DNA of 40,679 bases from positions 1-40,679 of the IMG/VR virus record IMGVR_UViG_3300025375_000007. One strand, 5' to 3'. The notes beneath the pieces are model-generated. The model saw nothing but the letters and a program-made list of their open reading frames with translations, was not told where the DNA came from and did no database searches. This stretch comes from a virus. Lineage: Duplodnaviria; Caudoviricetes. Of the stretch, positions 8,580 to 17,600 are shown one piece after another (position 1 is the stretch's first letter; each line of letters starts with the position of its first letter). Made by a program: the position numbers and the translations under genes.

Positions 8580-8923
8580 ACGAATGCCTTTATCATAAAA
8601 GGCTTTACCACACTTTTTGTCAAGACTGCATGATGTTAAAAATGGAAAATAATAAAACTACTTACGGAGCAGGCCCTTCTGACTCCTACTACCCACCTGG
8701 TTCTACCAAAGATAATATTAATCCTGATTACTATCGTCTAGGTGGTATTGAATGTATTGATGCTATTAACGAAGTTGTGCAACATCTTGATGGCATGGAA
8801 GCAATGTGTACAGGTAACGCTATTAAGTATCTATGGCGTTGGAAGCATAAGAACGGAATTACTGATTTGCGTAAAGCATCGTGGTATATTCAAAGGATGA
8901 TTGATGAGTTTGACTCTCACTGA
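8576..8923 (+). CDS. DUF3310 / T7 gp1.7-like nucleotide kinase family protein
   Basis: DNINPDYY..GGIECID...GNAIKYLWRWKHKNG..DLRKASWY. Confidence 0.85.
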   Translation: MNECLYHKRLYHTFCQDCMMLKMENNKTTYGAGPSDSYYPPGSTKDNINPDYYRLGGIECIDAINEVVQHLDGMEAMCTGNAIKYLWRWKHKNGITDLRKASWYIQRMIDEFDSH

Positions 8924-9074
8924 TATAATCTATCGACTGAAGCAACTAGATGAGATGGACATCACAGATATTCTTGGTTTGACTACCGAGGATATCTGTG
9001 AAAGATTCTTAGATGTAATAGAAGAAAAAGCGGATGTATTAGAACAACTATTAAAGGACGATGATGACAACTAA
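8904..9074 (+). CDS. small acidic hypothetical protein (56 aa)
   Basis: MSLTLTDIIYRLKQLDEMDITDILGLTTEDICERFLDVIEEK...; AAGGA upstream; not in the ORF track. Confidence 0.7.
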   Translation: MSLTLTDIIYRLKQLDEMDITDILGLTTEDICERFLDVIEEKADVLEQLLKDDDDN

Positions 9075-9285
9075 AAAGCCGTTACACGATATGGGACCAC
9101 CGATTGAACAGGAAATCCCAGGCCTCAGGGACTTCTTTGCTACTTCAGTACTCTCAGGAGCAATAGACTCTGCTGGAGTACCAGAATCAAATGTAGAAGA
9201 GTACTGTGAGTTCATAGCTATCTTCTGCTATAAAATGGCAGATGCAATGATGACAGAAAAATATAAGAAAAACACACGACACTAA
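9061..9285 (+). CDS. hypothetical protein (LRDxFA...YxxADAM type)
   Basis: GLRDFFA...CYKMADAMM motif, common in phage small proteins. Confidence 0.75.
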   Translation: MMTTKKPLHDMGPPIEQEIPGLRDFFATSVLSGAIDSAGVPESNVEEYCEFIAIFCYKMADAMMTEKYKKNTRH

Positions 9286-9292
9286 GGACAAG

Positions 9293-11194
9293 ATGTACAC
9301 AACACCATTTAGCACAGTAGGCTACATTACCTACAAGAGAACTTATGCACGTCGCTTAGACGAAGCAGACATCACCAGCAAGACAGAAGAGTTTCCACAG
9401 ACAGTAGAACGAGTTATTAAAGCAGCAAACACTCAATTAGGTTGTAACTTTACAGAGAAAGAGCAAGAGCGTTTACGTAAGTATTTAACAGAACTCAAAG
9501 GAACTGTAGCAGGTCGTTTCCTTTGGCAGATGGGTACAGACACTGTAGGCAAGCTAGGCTTAGCCTCGTTACAGAACTGTGCATTCACTGTAATTGATGA
9601 ACCTGTTCGTCCCTTTACTTGGGCTATGGACCTATTGATGTTAGGCTCTGGCGTAGGTTATAACATTCAAAGGAAAAACGTTGAAAAACTTCCTGAAGTC
9701 AATCCTAATTTTACTGCCCCTACTCGTTTGGATACAAATGATGCGGATTTTATTGTTCCTGATTCAAGGGAAGGCTGGGTCAGTCTCCTTGGCAAAACGC
9801 TCAAAGCAGCGTTCTTAAGCGTTAAAGAACCTACCTTTACTTATAGCACTGTATTAGTACGTGGTCGTGGTGCTGTTATTAAGGGCTTTGGAGGCACTGC
9901 ATCAGGCCCTGAAGACCTTTGTGAAGGTATCGCTAAGGTAAGTACTATCCTTGAGAAGCGTGCAGGTAAGAAGCTACGTCCTATTGATTGCTTGGACATT
10001 ATGAATATTATTGGTGCAATCGTCGTAGCAGGTAATGTACGTCGTTCAGCACAAATTGCTATTGGAGATGCAGATGACGTGGAATATCTTCTTGCTAAGC
10101 GTTGGGATATGGGAAATATTCCTTCTTGGCGTGCTATGTCTAATAACTCGGTGGTGTGTAACGACATTAAAGACCTCCATGAGTATTTCTGGGATGGCTA
10201 CGAAGGTAAAGGAGAGCCTTACGGTCTTATTAACCTGCGTCTCAGTCGCAAGATTGGTCGTCTTGGTGACACTAATTATCCTGACCCTGACGTTATGGGC
10301 TATAACCCATGTGCTGAGCAGTCTTTGGCAGCTTATGAGACTTGCTGCTTAGCTGAAGTCTATTTATCTAATGTAACCTCTAAGGAAGAATTCGTTGATA
10401 TCTGCACACTCCTTTATCGCATTAATAAGCATAGCCTTTCTCTTCCTTGCCATTTACAGGAAACAGCCGATATCGTCCATAAGAATATGCGTATGGGTAT
10501 TGGCGTTACTGGAGTTCTCCAGGCTTCTGACGAACAACGCTCTTGGTTGAATGAAGCCTACACAGAGCTACGTGCTTTTGATAAAGAGTACTCTGCTAAG
10601 CATGGCTTTCCTGAATCAATCAAGTTGACTACAGTTAAACCTTCAGGCACTCTATCGTTGTTACCAGGTGTGACCTCAGGATGCCACCCTGCTTATAGCC
10701 ACTACATGATTAGACGTATCCGTATCGCTGCAGACCATAGCTTAGTGCAGGTATGTCGTGAGCATGGATACCCTGTAGAGTTCCAGCGTAACTTTGATGG
10801 CACTGATGACCACAGCACAATGGTAGTATCTTTTCCTTTTGCTTATCCTGAAGGTACAAAGATTGCTGCTGAGATGACTGCTATTGACCAACTAGAAGTA
10901 GTTAAGTGGTTGCAAGAGAACTGGTCAGACAATAGCGTGAGCTGTACTGTCTATTATCGTAAGGAAGAGTTGCCAGAGATTAAGAAATACTTGGCTAAGA
11001 ACTACAAGAATAACCATAAATCACTGTCGTTTTTACTCCACAATGAGCATGGCTTTAAACAAGCTCCTCTTGAAGAGATTACAAAAGAAGCGTATGATGC
11101 TTTAGTTGGTTGTACAAAGCTAATTACCAAGGTGGAAGATGCTTCGTTTGAAGGTGACCTCGAATGCGCAGGTGGAGTTTGCCCCGTTAAATAA
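9293..11194 (+). CDS. nrdJ: class II (adenosylcobalamin-dependent) ribonucleotide reductase
   Basis: YKRTYAR, LQNCAF, VAGNVRRSA, NPCAEQ, TCCLAE, TTVKPSGT, C-terminal CAGGVCPVK; no beta subunit gene. Confidence 0.95.
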   Translation: MYTTPFSTVGYITYKRTYARRLDEADITSKTEEFPQTVERVIKAANTQLGCNFTEKEQERLRKYLTELKGTVAGRFLWQMGTDTVGKLGLASLQNCAFTVIDEPVRPFTWAMDLLMLGSGVGYNIQRKNVEKLPEVNPNFTAPTRLDTNDADFIVPDSREGWVSLLGKTLKAAFLSVKEPTFTYSTVLVRGRGAVIKGFGGTASGPEDLCEGIAKVSTILEKRAGKKLRPIDCLDIMNIIGAIVVAGNVRRSAQIAIGDADDVEYLLAKRWDMGNIPSWRAMSNNSVVCNDIKDLHEYFWDGYEGKGEPYGLINLRLSRKIGRLGDTNYPDPDVMGYNPCAEQSLAAYETCCLAEVYLSNVTSKEEFVDICTLLYRINKHSLSLPCHLQETADIVHKNMRMGIGVTGVLQASDEQRSWLNEAYTELRAFDKEYSAKHGFPESIKLTTVKPSGTLSLLPGVTSGCHPAYSHYMIRRIRIAADHSLVQVCREHGYPVEFQRNFDGTDDHSTMVVSFPFAYPEGTKIAAEMTAIDQLEVVKWLQENWSDNSVSCTVYYRKEELPEIKKYLAKNYKNNHKSLSFLLHNEHGFKQAPLEEITKEAYDALVGCTKLITKVEDASFEGDLECAGGVCPVK

Positions 11195-11204
11195 GGAGAA
11201 AGAT

Positions 11205-11474
11205 ATGATTGATAAACAAGAGTTTATGTTTGGAATGCAACGTTTGAATGAAGTGCTTAACTTGGCTGATGAAGTTCAACCTATTATTATGAAGCGTTGT
11301 ATGGAAGCTGCAGAGGACTTTGATTCAATGGACTCTGTACAGTTTTTAGTGTTGTGGAATGACATTAAGAAACTATTAGAGCCTGTGAATGACAAATTGT
11401 TAGAACTACAGACTGTCTCTATGTTTAGAGAACTACAACCACCTAATTATCCAGACCCTGAAAAGGTCTTATAA
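11205..11474 (+). CDS. hypothetical protein
   Basis: AAGGAG RBS supports ATG 11205 (MIDKQEF...). Confidence 0.75.
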   Translation: MIDKQEFMFGMQRLNEVLNLADEVQPIIMKRCMEAAEDFDSMDSVQFLVLWNDIKKLLEPVNDKLLELQTVSMFRELQPPNYPDPEKVL

Positions 11475-11498
11475 GTTTCCTTGAAGTTGTGATTTGAT

Positions 11499-11524
11499 GG
11501 CCTCCATTCGTGGAGGTCTTTTTT
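11499..11524 (+). terminator. rho-independent terminator ending the replication arm
   Basis: GGCCTCCA-TTCG-TGGAGGTC followed by TTTTTT. Confidence 0.9.
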
Positions 11525-11525
11525 A

Positions 11526-11619
11526 TTGTAAGAAAAAGTTTACCGTTCGGGAAGATTTGCATAAAAAGTGTGCAAAAGTATAAAAAAGTTACCGATAGGG
11601 AAATTTTGTAAGAAAAAGT
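11526..11619. repeat. symmetric repeat array: direct repeat, palindrome, hairpin, palindrome, direct repeat
   Basis: TTGTAAGAAAAAGT at 11526 and 11606; TTACCGTTCGGGAA at 11540 and TTACCGATAGGGAA at 11589; TTTGCA...TGCAAA between them. Confidence 0.75.
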
Positions 11620-11648
11620 GAGAGGTTACAAACTCGCCTGCCAATTCG

Positions 11649-11708
11649 TTGATGCCCTAGTTAGAAAGACGGAAAATCACTAGGTTCTTGATGCCCTCGT
11701 GCCGTCTT
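11649..11708. ncRNA. candidate pseudoknot RNA element
   Basis: Interleaved stems CCTAGT/ACTAGG and AAGACGG/CCGTCTT plus a 10-nt direct repeat TTGATGCCCT. Confidence 0.45.
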
Positions 11709-11711
11709 AAC

Positions 11712-12131
11712 TTATTTGATACCTACTTGTTCATTAATCCACTTCTGAAGCTCTACTACTTGAGCTGTGGTTTCTGCACATTGTCCAGCAAGAACATTGT
11801 AGGCGGAGATAACATCAGTGACGCTGGGGGCTGTGGAAAGTCCTGACACTTTACTGGTACTGGGGTTGTTCCACACGCTAGTAGACTTATAGTAGTTCCT
11901 AATAGCAGACAGCTTAGCTTCATATTCATCTTGAATTCCTTTTGTAACTAATGTTTGTTGTTTTGTGATTGATTCGACTTTTGCTTCTTGCTTCGCTGTT
12001 TCTTCTCTAACCACATGTTGAAAGTCAACGAATCGTTTATGCTCAAAGCTATAGCCAAGATACCAAGTACCAGCCAACAAAGCAACACATACTCCCATTT
12101 TGACATAAGTTAATACCGATAAAGGAAACAT
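11712..12131 (-). CDS. i-spanin (Rz-like)
   Basis: N-terminal TM helix, coiled coil, last gene of the lysis cassette, contains an embedded lipoprotein ORF. Confidence 0.85.
   Translation of the reverse strand: MFPLSVLTYVKMGVCVALLAGTWYLGYSFEHKRFVDFQHVVREETAKQEAKVESITKQQTLVTKGIQDEYEAKLSAIRNYYKSTSVWNNPSTSKVSGLSTAPSVTDVISAYNVLAGQCAETTAQVVELQKWINEQVGIK
11756..11929 (-). CDS. o-spanin (Rz1-like lipoprotein) embedded in Rz
   Basis: Alternate frame MNMKLSCLLLGTTISLLA|CGTTPVPVKCQDFPQPPASLMLSPP...; lipobox LLAC, Pro-rich, AGGA RBS; not in the ORF track. Confidence 0.85.
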   Translation of the reverse strand: MNMKLSCLLLGTTISLLACGTTPVPVKCQDFPQPPASLMLSPPTMFLLDNVQKPQLK

Positions 12132-12334
12132 TATTTATCATCCAAAGGTTTAGTTGTCGTAGCTCTAAGATAAGCTATGACAATACCAATAACAAACATA
12201 GAAACACTATACACCTTAGGGTCTAGTAAATCTTGAATGTATGAAGAGTTATCTGATATAGCTCCGAGTAAGAATAGTAAACCAGAGAACCACATAGTCC
12301 TCGATTTAAATATTCCTTGCATCTTACGTCTCAT
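12131..12334 (-). CDS. putative holin
   Basis: Two hydrophobic segments; KSRTMW...LRATTTKPL pattern; lies between lysozyme and spanin. Confidence 0.7.
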   Translation of the reverse strand: MRRKMQGIFKSRTMWFSGLLFLLGAISDNSSYIQDLLDPKVYSVSMFVIGIVIAYLRATTTKPLDDK

Positions 12335-12471
12335 TACTTCTTTTTACCTTTAGCTTTACGCTGTGTAGACAGTGCGATAGCAATAGCTTGTTTCTGAGGC
12401 TTGCCATGCTTCATCTCAGTGCGTATATTTTTAGAAACAGCTTTCTTAGATTTAGATTTAATTAATGGCAT
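12334..12471 (-). CDS. small basic protein (45 aa)
   Basis: [45 protein letters not shown]; AAGGA RBS; QAIAIAL motif common in phages. Confidence 0.75.
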   Translation of the reverse strand: MPLIKSKSKKAVSKNIRTEMKHGKPQKQAIAIALSTQRKAKGKKK

Positions 12472-12473
12472 GA

Positions 12474-12923
12474 TTATCCTTTATAGTTTGCATGTAAGAA
12501 GCATTCTTGCTCAGCAAGTCTACGCTTTAAAATACTATCGCTGTGTCCATTACTAACCATACACCACTTAGGAAACTCTACAGCAGCTTCGTTCTTTCTA
12601 CCTTCTTTAAGTAGTTTAAGAAGTGTAGAACGCTTAAAAGCACCACACCCTAAGTTATAAGTAAAAGACACGAGAGCATCAAATTCATATTGAGTAAGGT
12701 CTAGTGCTGAAGAGTTAACACAATCCTCAGCAGACTTAACGTCATCTCGAAGAAGCTGTGTAGCTTGTCCCATAGTAATAGGACTACCTTGAACTAAGCC
12801 ATCACCAACAACCATTAGATGTCCATAACCCGCCGTCCATTTACTTGCTGTATCTAAGTAAGGCATGCTACGAAAGCCTTCAAAAGTTTTAAGCTGTTCA
12901 ATACCTTTATCAGAAGTTCTCAT
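12474..12923 (-). CDS. endolysin, GH24 phage lysozyme
   Basis: E-X8-D-X5-T triad ([16 protein letters not shown]), [21 protein letters not shown]. Confidence 0.93.
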   Translation of the reverse strand: MRTSDKGIEQLKTFEGFRSMPYLDTASKWTAGYGHLMVVGDGLVQGSPITMGQATQLLRDDVKSAEDCVNSSALDLTQYEFDALVSFTYNLGCGAFKRSTLLKLLKEGRKNEAAVEFPKWCMVSNGHSDSILKRRLAEQECFLHANYKG

Positions 12924-13369
12924 GTTGCTGCTGTCTGTGAAGTTAGGATACCATTAGTAAAAGTCATGCTACCATTAGAACCACCACCAGTAAGCTTAGC
13001 TGTAGTAATCGTTCCTGTGTATCCAGTAGGTTTGTGTTTAATGTACGAATACAAAGAACTATTGGTCTCTGTCCAGTCTGCCTGTACTTGAGTAATACCA
13101 GGAATACCAGTAATAGTCCCACCAGTAATTGCTACAGTATTAGAATTCTGTGTAGCCATAGTACCAAGACCAAGATTACTACGAGCACCTGCTGCAGTAG
13201 AGGCTCCTGTACCACCTTGCAGAATAGTCCAGATATTGTTACCTGTCTGGGCTTTCTGAATGTAGTTACCTAAGTTACGAAACCATTCACGCCAACGAGG
13301 ATTCTCTGAAATCTCGTCTTGTGGTATTGGTGGTAAATTATTAGGAGCAGAACTAGGATTAACAGCCAC
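12920..13369 (-). CDS. putative minor tail / tail needle-like protein
   Basis: GTG start after AGGAG; PRWREWF motif, GGTGASTAAGARSNLGLG fibre motif, MTFTNGILT C-terminus. Confidence 0.6.
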   Translation of the reverse strand: MAVNPSSAPNNLPPIPQDEISENPRWREWFRNLGNYIQKAQTGNNIWTILQGGTGASTAAGARSNLGLGTMATQNSNTVAITGGTITGIPGITQVQADWTETNSSLYSYIKHKPTGYTGTITTAKLTGGGSNGSMTFTNGILTSQTAAT

Positions 13370-14696
13370 TCTCAACTCCTTCAGCATAGCCTGCAGCTTG
13401 TAAGTCTTCTAAGTGCTTTTGTACTTTCTCACCGATGTCCGTTCTGTAAGCGATTGAATTTGGAATCTCAATCTTCTTCTTGATGGTGTCATAGACCTTG
13501 CAACGAGCATCTTCAATGGTTTCACCTAGTCCTACTACTGTGCAGACATAGTCACCCGCAGTAACAAACATAGGCTCATTCTCTTTGAGCTTACCATCAA
13601 TCATTGCAGGACCTTTGCCCCACTGTACTTCACACAGGTGAACATCAGTAACAGCATCATCCATATCCATGCCCCAGATAGGATAACCAGAGTTCTCCTT
13701 CTTGGTTACTTGGCTATATGGATAATCAGGAATAGTAACAACCACACCAGCAGCAATCTTACTAGACACACGCAGAGTATCTTCTCCGTTGATAAGGTCT
13801 AACATCCACTGAGCAGGGTCTCCCTTGTGTAGAGAAAGTTGAATATTAAAGAGAGGCCAGCCTGGACGCATTGTGAACTCTAAAGGCCATGCTTGACCTT
13901 GTTTGTCGATAATACAGTTCACATCGATGTAGCCAGTGTAGCCTAAACCATGAAGCATGTCTTCTAGTGGCTTGAGCATCTGGTCAGCCAGCTTAGAGTC
14001 TTGCGTATAGCGAACAATAGTACCTTGCTCGCCAGTAGTAACACCGAGTTCACCGTCCATGAGCTTCTTGTGTTCCCAAGACTCACAGAAGTTCTTGGAG
14101 AAACCACAAGCACCAAACCAACCGCCTACACCGAACTCAATGCCAGGACGAAACTCTTGCAGAATAAACTTGCCCTTGAGAGCATTCTTTTTCTTCCAAC
14201 GGTTCAACATGTAAATCATATCAGCAGCAGACTTTGCTACATAAGATAAAGTCTTGTCTCCGTCACCGATAGGCTTAGACACAAAGCGACGTGGGTTCTC
14301 TTTCACATAAGCAATGGCTTCATCATACTTCTCGAAGGTACGACTTGGGATTGTCTTGATGCCAGCGAGATTAAGAATTTTCTCACCATGGTCACGCTCT
14401 TGTTCCCAACGATTAGTATCAATGGATGGTCCAAAGATAGGATAACCTTTATCACGATAACGCTCTAGTGCATGGATGTAGAATAAGTTATCTGTGCAGA
14501 ACACGAGGTCTGCCCAGTTCATGTGGTCTTCCCAGTTGCTCACCCGTTTGATGAGACCACCGTCACCTACTTCAGAACGGCTACCATCCTTATTATGACG
14601 AATGAATAGACGTACTTCGTGTCCGTAGTCTTGGCTACGTAGGCCAAAAGAGAGACCGCAACCGCAGCCTGATTGGTCAATGATTAGTATTTTCAT
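13359..14696 (-). CDS. ATP-grasp ligase, PurD (GAR synthetase)-like
   Basis: GYPIFGPS, FVSKPIG, ILQEF..GIE, EHKKLMDGELGVTTGEQGT, EFTMRPGWP, YRTDIG parallel PurD motifs; GGREH absent. Confidence 0.85.
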   Translation of the reverse strand: MKILIIDQSGCGCGLSFGLRSQDYGHEVRLFIRHNKDGSRSEVGDGGLIKRVSNWEDHMNWADLVFCTDNLFYIHALERYRDKGYPIFGPSIDTNRWEQERDHGEKILNLAGIKTIPSRTFEKYDEAIAYVKENPRRFVSKPIGDGDKTLSYVAKSAADMIYMLNRWKKKNALKGKFILQEFRPGIEFGVGGWFGACGFSKNFCESWEHKKLMDGELGVTTGEQGTIVRYTQDSKLADQMLKPLEDMLHGLGYTGYIDVNCIIDKQGQAWPLEFTMRPGWPLFNIQLSLHKGDPAQWMLDLINGEDTLRVSSKIAAGVVVTIPDYPYSQVTKKENSGYPIWGMDMDDAVTDVHLCEVQWGKGPAMIDGKLKENEPMFVTAGDYVCTVVGLGETIEDARCKVYDTIKKKIEIPNSIAYRTDIGEKVQKHLEDLQAAGYAEGVESGC

Positions 14697-17600
14697 TCTT
14701 TTTTCTTACCGTAAACAGGGAGACCTAAAGTACCTAAGAGAGCACGTTTAGCACCTTCACCTGTAGGAGCTGTAATAGCTGATTGTGCTTGGAAAGGAAT
14801 AGCCATTTGACCGATAGCTTTAGCTTTACCTGCTATAGTCTTATCTTTCAAAGGACCTAGTCCAGGAACAGTACCTGTAGTAGTTACTATAGCAGCACGA
14901 GGAATAAAACCAAGCTTATTAGTTAAAGTCTTTATAGGGTCTTTAACCCAGTGAATAGCTTCCATTGAGTGCTTAGCTAATTGCATGGATGTTCCGTCTC
15001 TGAACTCGATACGAGTAGGGTCTTTATTTTCCCAGATGTCGTGTCCAGAAGTTGCATTGTTTACTATGTTCAATACTGTAGCATAAATAGCAGCGTTACG
15101 CAACTGGTATTGACGTGCAAAGTCAGCTTCTAGTTTAGGATTCCAAAGACCTTTAAGACCAGAACCCTTGTTAAACATTGTCGTAAAAGCACGTAAGGTT
15201 GATACAGTCCAGTCAGGAGCAAACATTAAGAGCTGTAAGTTTCTACGTCCTGTCGGATTGAAAGCTGTCGCTGCAAGTTCTTTAGCAATCTTATTATTAG
15301 TACGTGCAGAAATCTCAAACCAATTTAAACTACCAAAAGTGTTATTAGCGTAAGAAGAAATCTCACGAGCTAAAAGTCTAGGGTCTACATCAGGATGAGC
15401 AAGCTTAGCTTCTTCTAGTTTTTTTAAAGCTATCAGTGTTTTAAAGCCAGTAGCAGCAAAGTCCCAAGTCAACTTATCAAAAGGCTTTAAGGTAATGTCT
15501 TCTACTTTACGTAGAGCCTTCTCAGTGATATTAGTATCTTTAATAGGACTATACTTATTCATTACCCAGTCAGCACCTCTGCCAATGTCAGATAATATAC
15601 CTCTAGAAACGTCTTCAGGAGTTTCTACAACCAAGCCTTCACGCAACAGCATGTCAACGTTATCGCCTAGACCACCTTCACGTAAAGTCTTTAAAGCAGC
15701 CTTAGTTCCTGCAAAGCCTGTAGCAAGTTCTTTAGCAAACTTAATAGGGTCAGATAAAAGGAATGCTTCAGCCAAAGACTTAGCATGGAATAGACTACCA
15801 ACCACGTTAGCACGTTTAGCAGCTTGAGAGACTGCATTCAAGCCTTTCATAATCATCCCTGGGTTCGTATTGTCAAATACAAACTTCATAGGAATAGCCA
15901 TGTCAGGATGGAAAGCATAACCAGGCATCTGAGGATAAGTAACCCAGTCACGAGGCATAGGTTCTTTTTCTGTAATCTTCTGAGCTACAGGGTAGCCTTC
16001 AACATCTTTTAAATTCTTTAAAGAGCCAAGCATTTCTTTGTTGAGAATAGCTTTCTCCATAGAGGCAGAGTATTGCTTCCAGATTTCAGCAGCGTTCTTG
16101 GTCTTGACAACCATGCCACTGCCTTCAATAGCGTTCTGCAAGTCTTCAAAGGTTTCATACTTACGTTCTTTACCAAAGCGAGACTTACCAGAAGTACTTG
16201 GGCTTCTTGAACTACCAGATTCAATGAAGGCTTTAATAGCATCACCAGGAGTCTTGATACCAGACTTCTCAAAGTCTACAATGTGTGGAATGTAATCTTC
16301 AATAAAGCCTTTGATAACGCCAGCTTCTTTACCACGCTCATAGAACTCTTTATAGCCTTTGCTATAGAGTTCGTTAGCTTTAAGTTGTTCAGGTGTCAGT
16401 TTAGAGAAGTCTTTAGAATCACGAGCAAGCGTAATAGCTTCTTGTCCTAATTCATCAGGGACAAACTTTTCAGCAGCAATCTTTAAGTTATGGGAGATAC
16501 GAGAATTAGCCGTATAGTCGTTGATACGCTTACGGATAATGTTCTCTGTTTGTTTACCGAGGTCAGCTTCTTCTTGAAGAGTGTTCAAGTCTTTAACACT
16601 TGCTTGTTCTTTAGCCTTTACTTCAGGAGGCATTTCAGCAGTATGCTCTTCAACCTTAGGCATTCCTGCAGGCTGAACAGCTTTGACAGGCTCGGCTGGT
16701 TTAATGGGCGCAGGAGCCTCTACAGGGACCATCTCAGGGGCTACCTTAGGCCCGCCTCTAATAGCTCTTCCTGTGCCCTCTAAAGACTTGTGCATAGCCT
16801 CAAAAGCTACAGCAGTATATACAGATTCAGAAGCAGCTTGCATGAGGTCTTTTGGATTAACATCACGACCTTCTAGCTTAGCCCTAGCACCTTCAGCACC
16901 ACCAGCTAAAACACCGAATTGAGTTGCAGTATTAGCAGTGTTAATAGCAGCACGTCCAACCTTGGCAGCAGTGCCAGCTTCTGCAGTTAGTTTACCAATA
17001 CGGCCTAATGCGCCTGTAGCGAACATCTCAGGGTCATAGACAAGCCCTTTGATTAAGTCAGCAGTAAAGGCTCCTGGGTTATCAGAAGCTTTTTTAGCAA
17101 TAGCTTTACCAGTCTCAATAGGATTAGCAACACCCTCTTTAAGAGCATTCAAAGTCTCGGAAGCACTACGTTGAACTTGCTTTTGTTCCTCAGGTGTTAC
17201 AGGTTCTAAGCCAGGTACGATTCCGCCTAGAGCAGACCTTGCGGTATACTCTACAATAGGGGCAATCATAGACTTCTTCTTCCAGTCTTCAATCGAGATT
17301 TCGCCTAAGCCTTTACCAAGCTCAGCGAAGAAGCCTTCAGATTTTGGAGCAGTCTTAGCAGAAGGTTCGTCTTCTGTACCAGCAAAAGGACTCTTACCTG
17401 CTTTAATTCTTTCCTCAGCATGAGCAACAGCTTTCTGACGGATTGACTCAGGCATCTTATCTTTAGGACTATGAGTAAGAAGCCAGTTCTTTTCCTTCTC
17501 ATCGAGAGTAGGGACAAGAGTAGGTATCTCTGTTTCTTTACCATTAATAGGGACGCCAATAGATATCTCAGTAGAGATACCGCCTCCAGGTCGTTTTAAG

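Noticed and set aside
9293-11194. Intein or intron in the RNR (also checked polymerase, helicase and TerL)
   Set aside because: All are compact, with contiguous motifs and no splice-junction signatures
11526-11619. Mini CRISPR array
   Set aside because: Only two copies of 14-bp repeats, no regular spacers and no cas genes
11640-11690. Minus-strand CUAG-UGAUUU..CCGU..CUAG resembles a SAM-II riboswitch
   Set aside because: It lacks the 3' CUAAA/A-rich strand needed for the triple helix and has no downstream gene on that strand
13359-14696. PurZ / 2-aminoadenine (Z-DNA) system
   Set aside because: The protein is ATP-grasp PurD-like rather than PurA-like, and no DatZ or MazZ genes are recognisable
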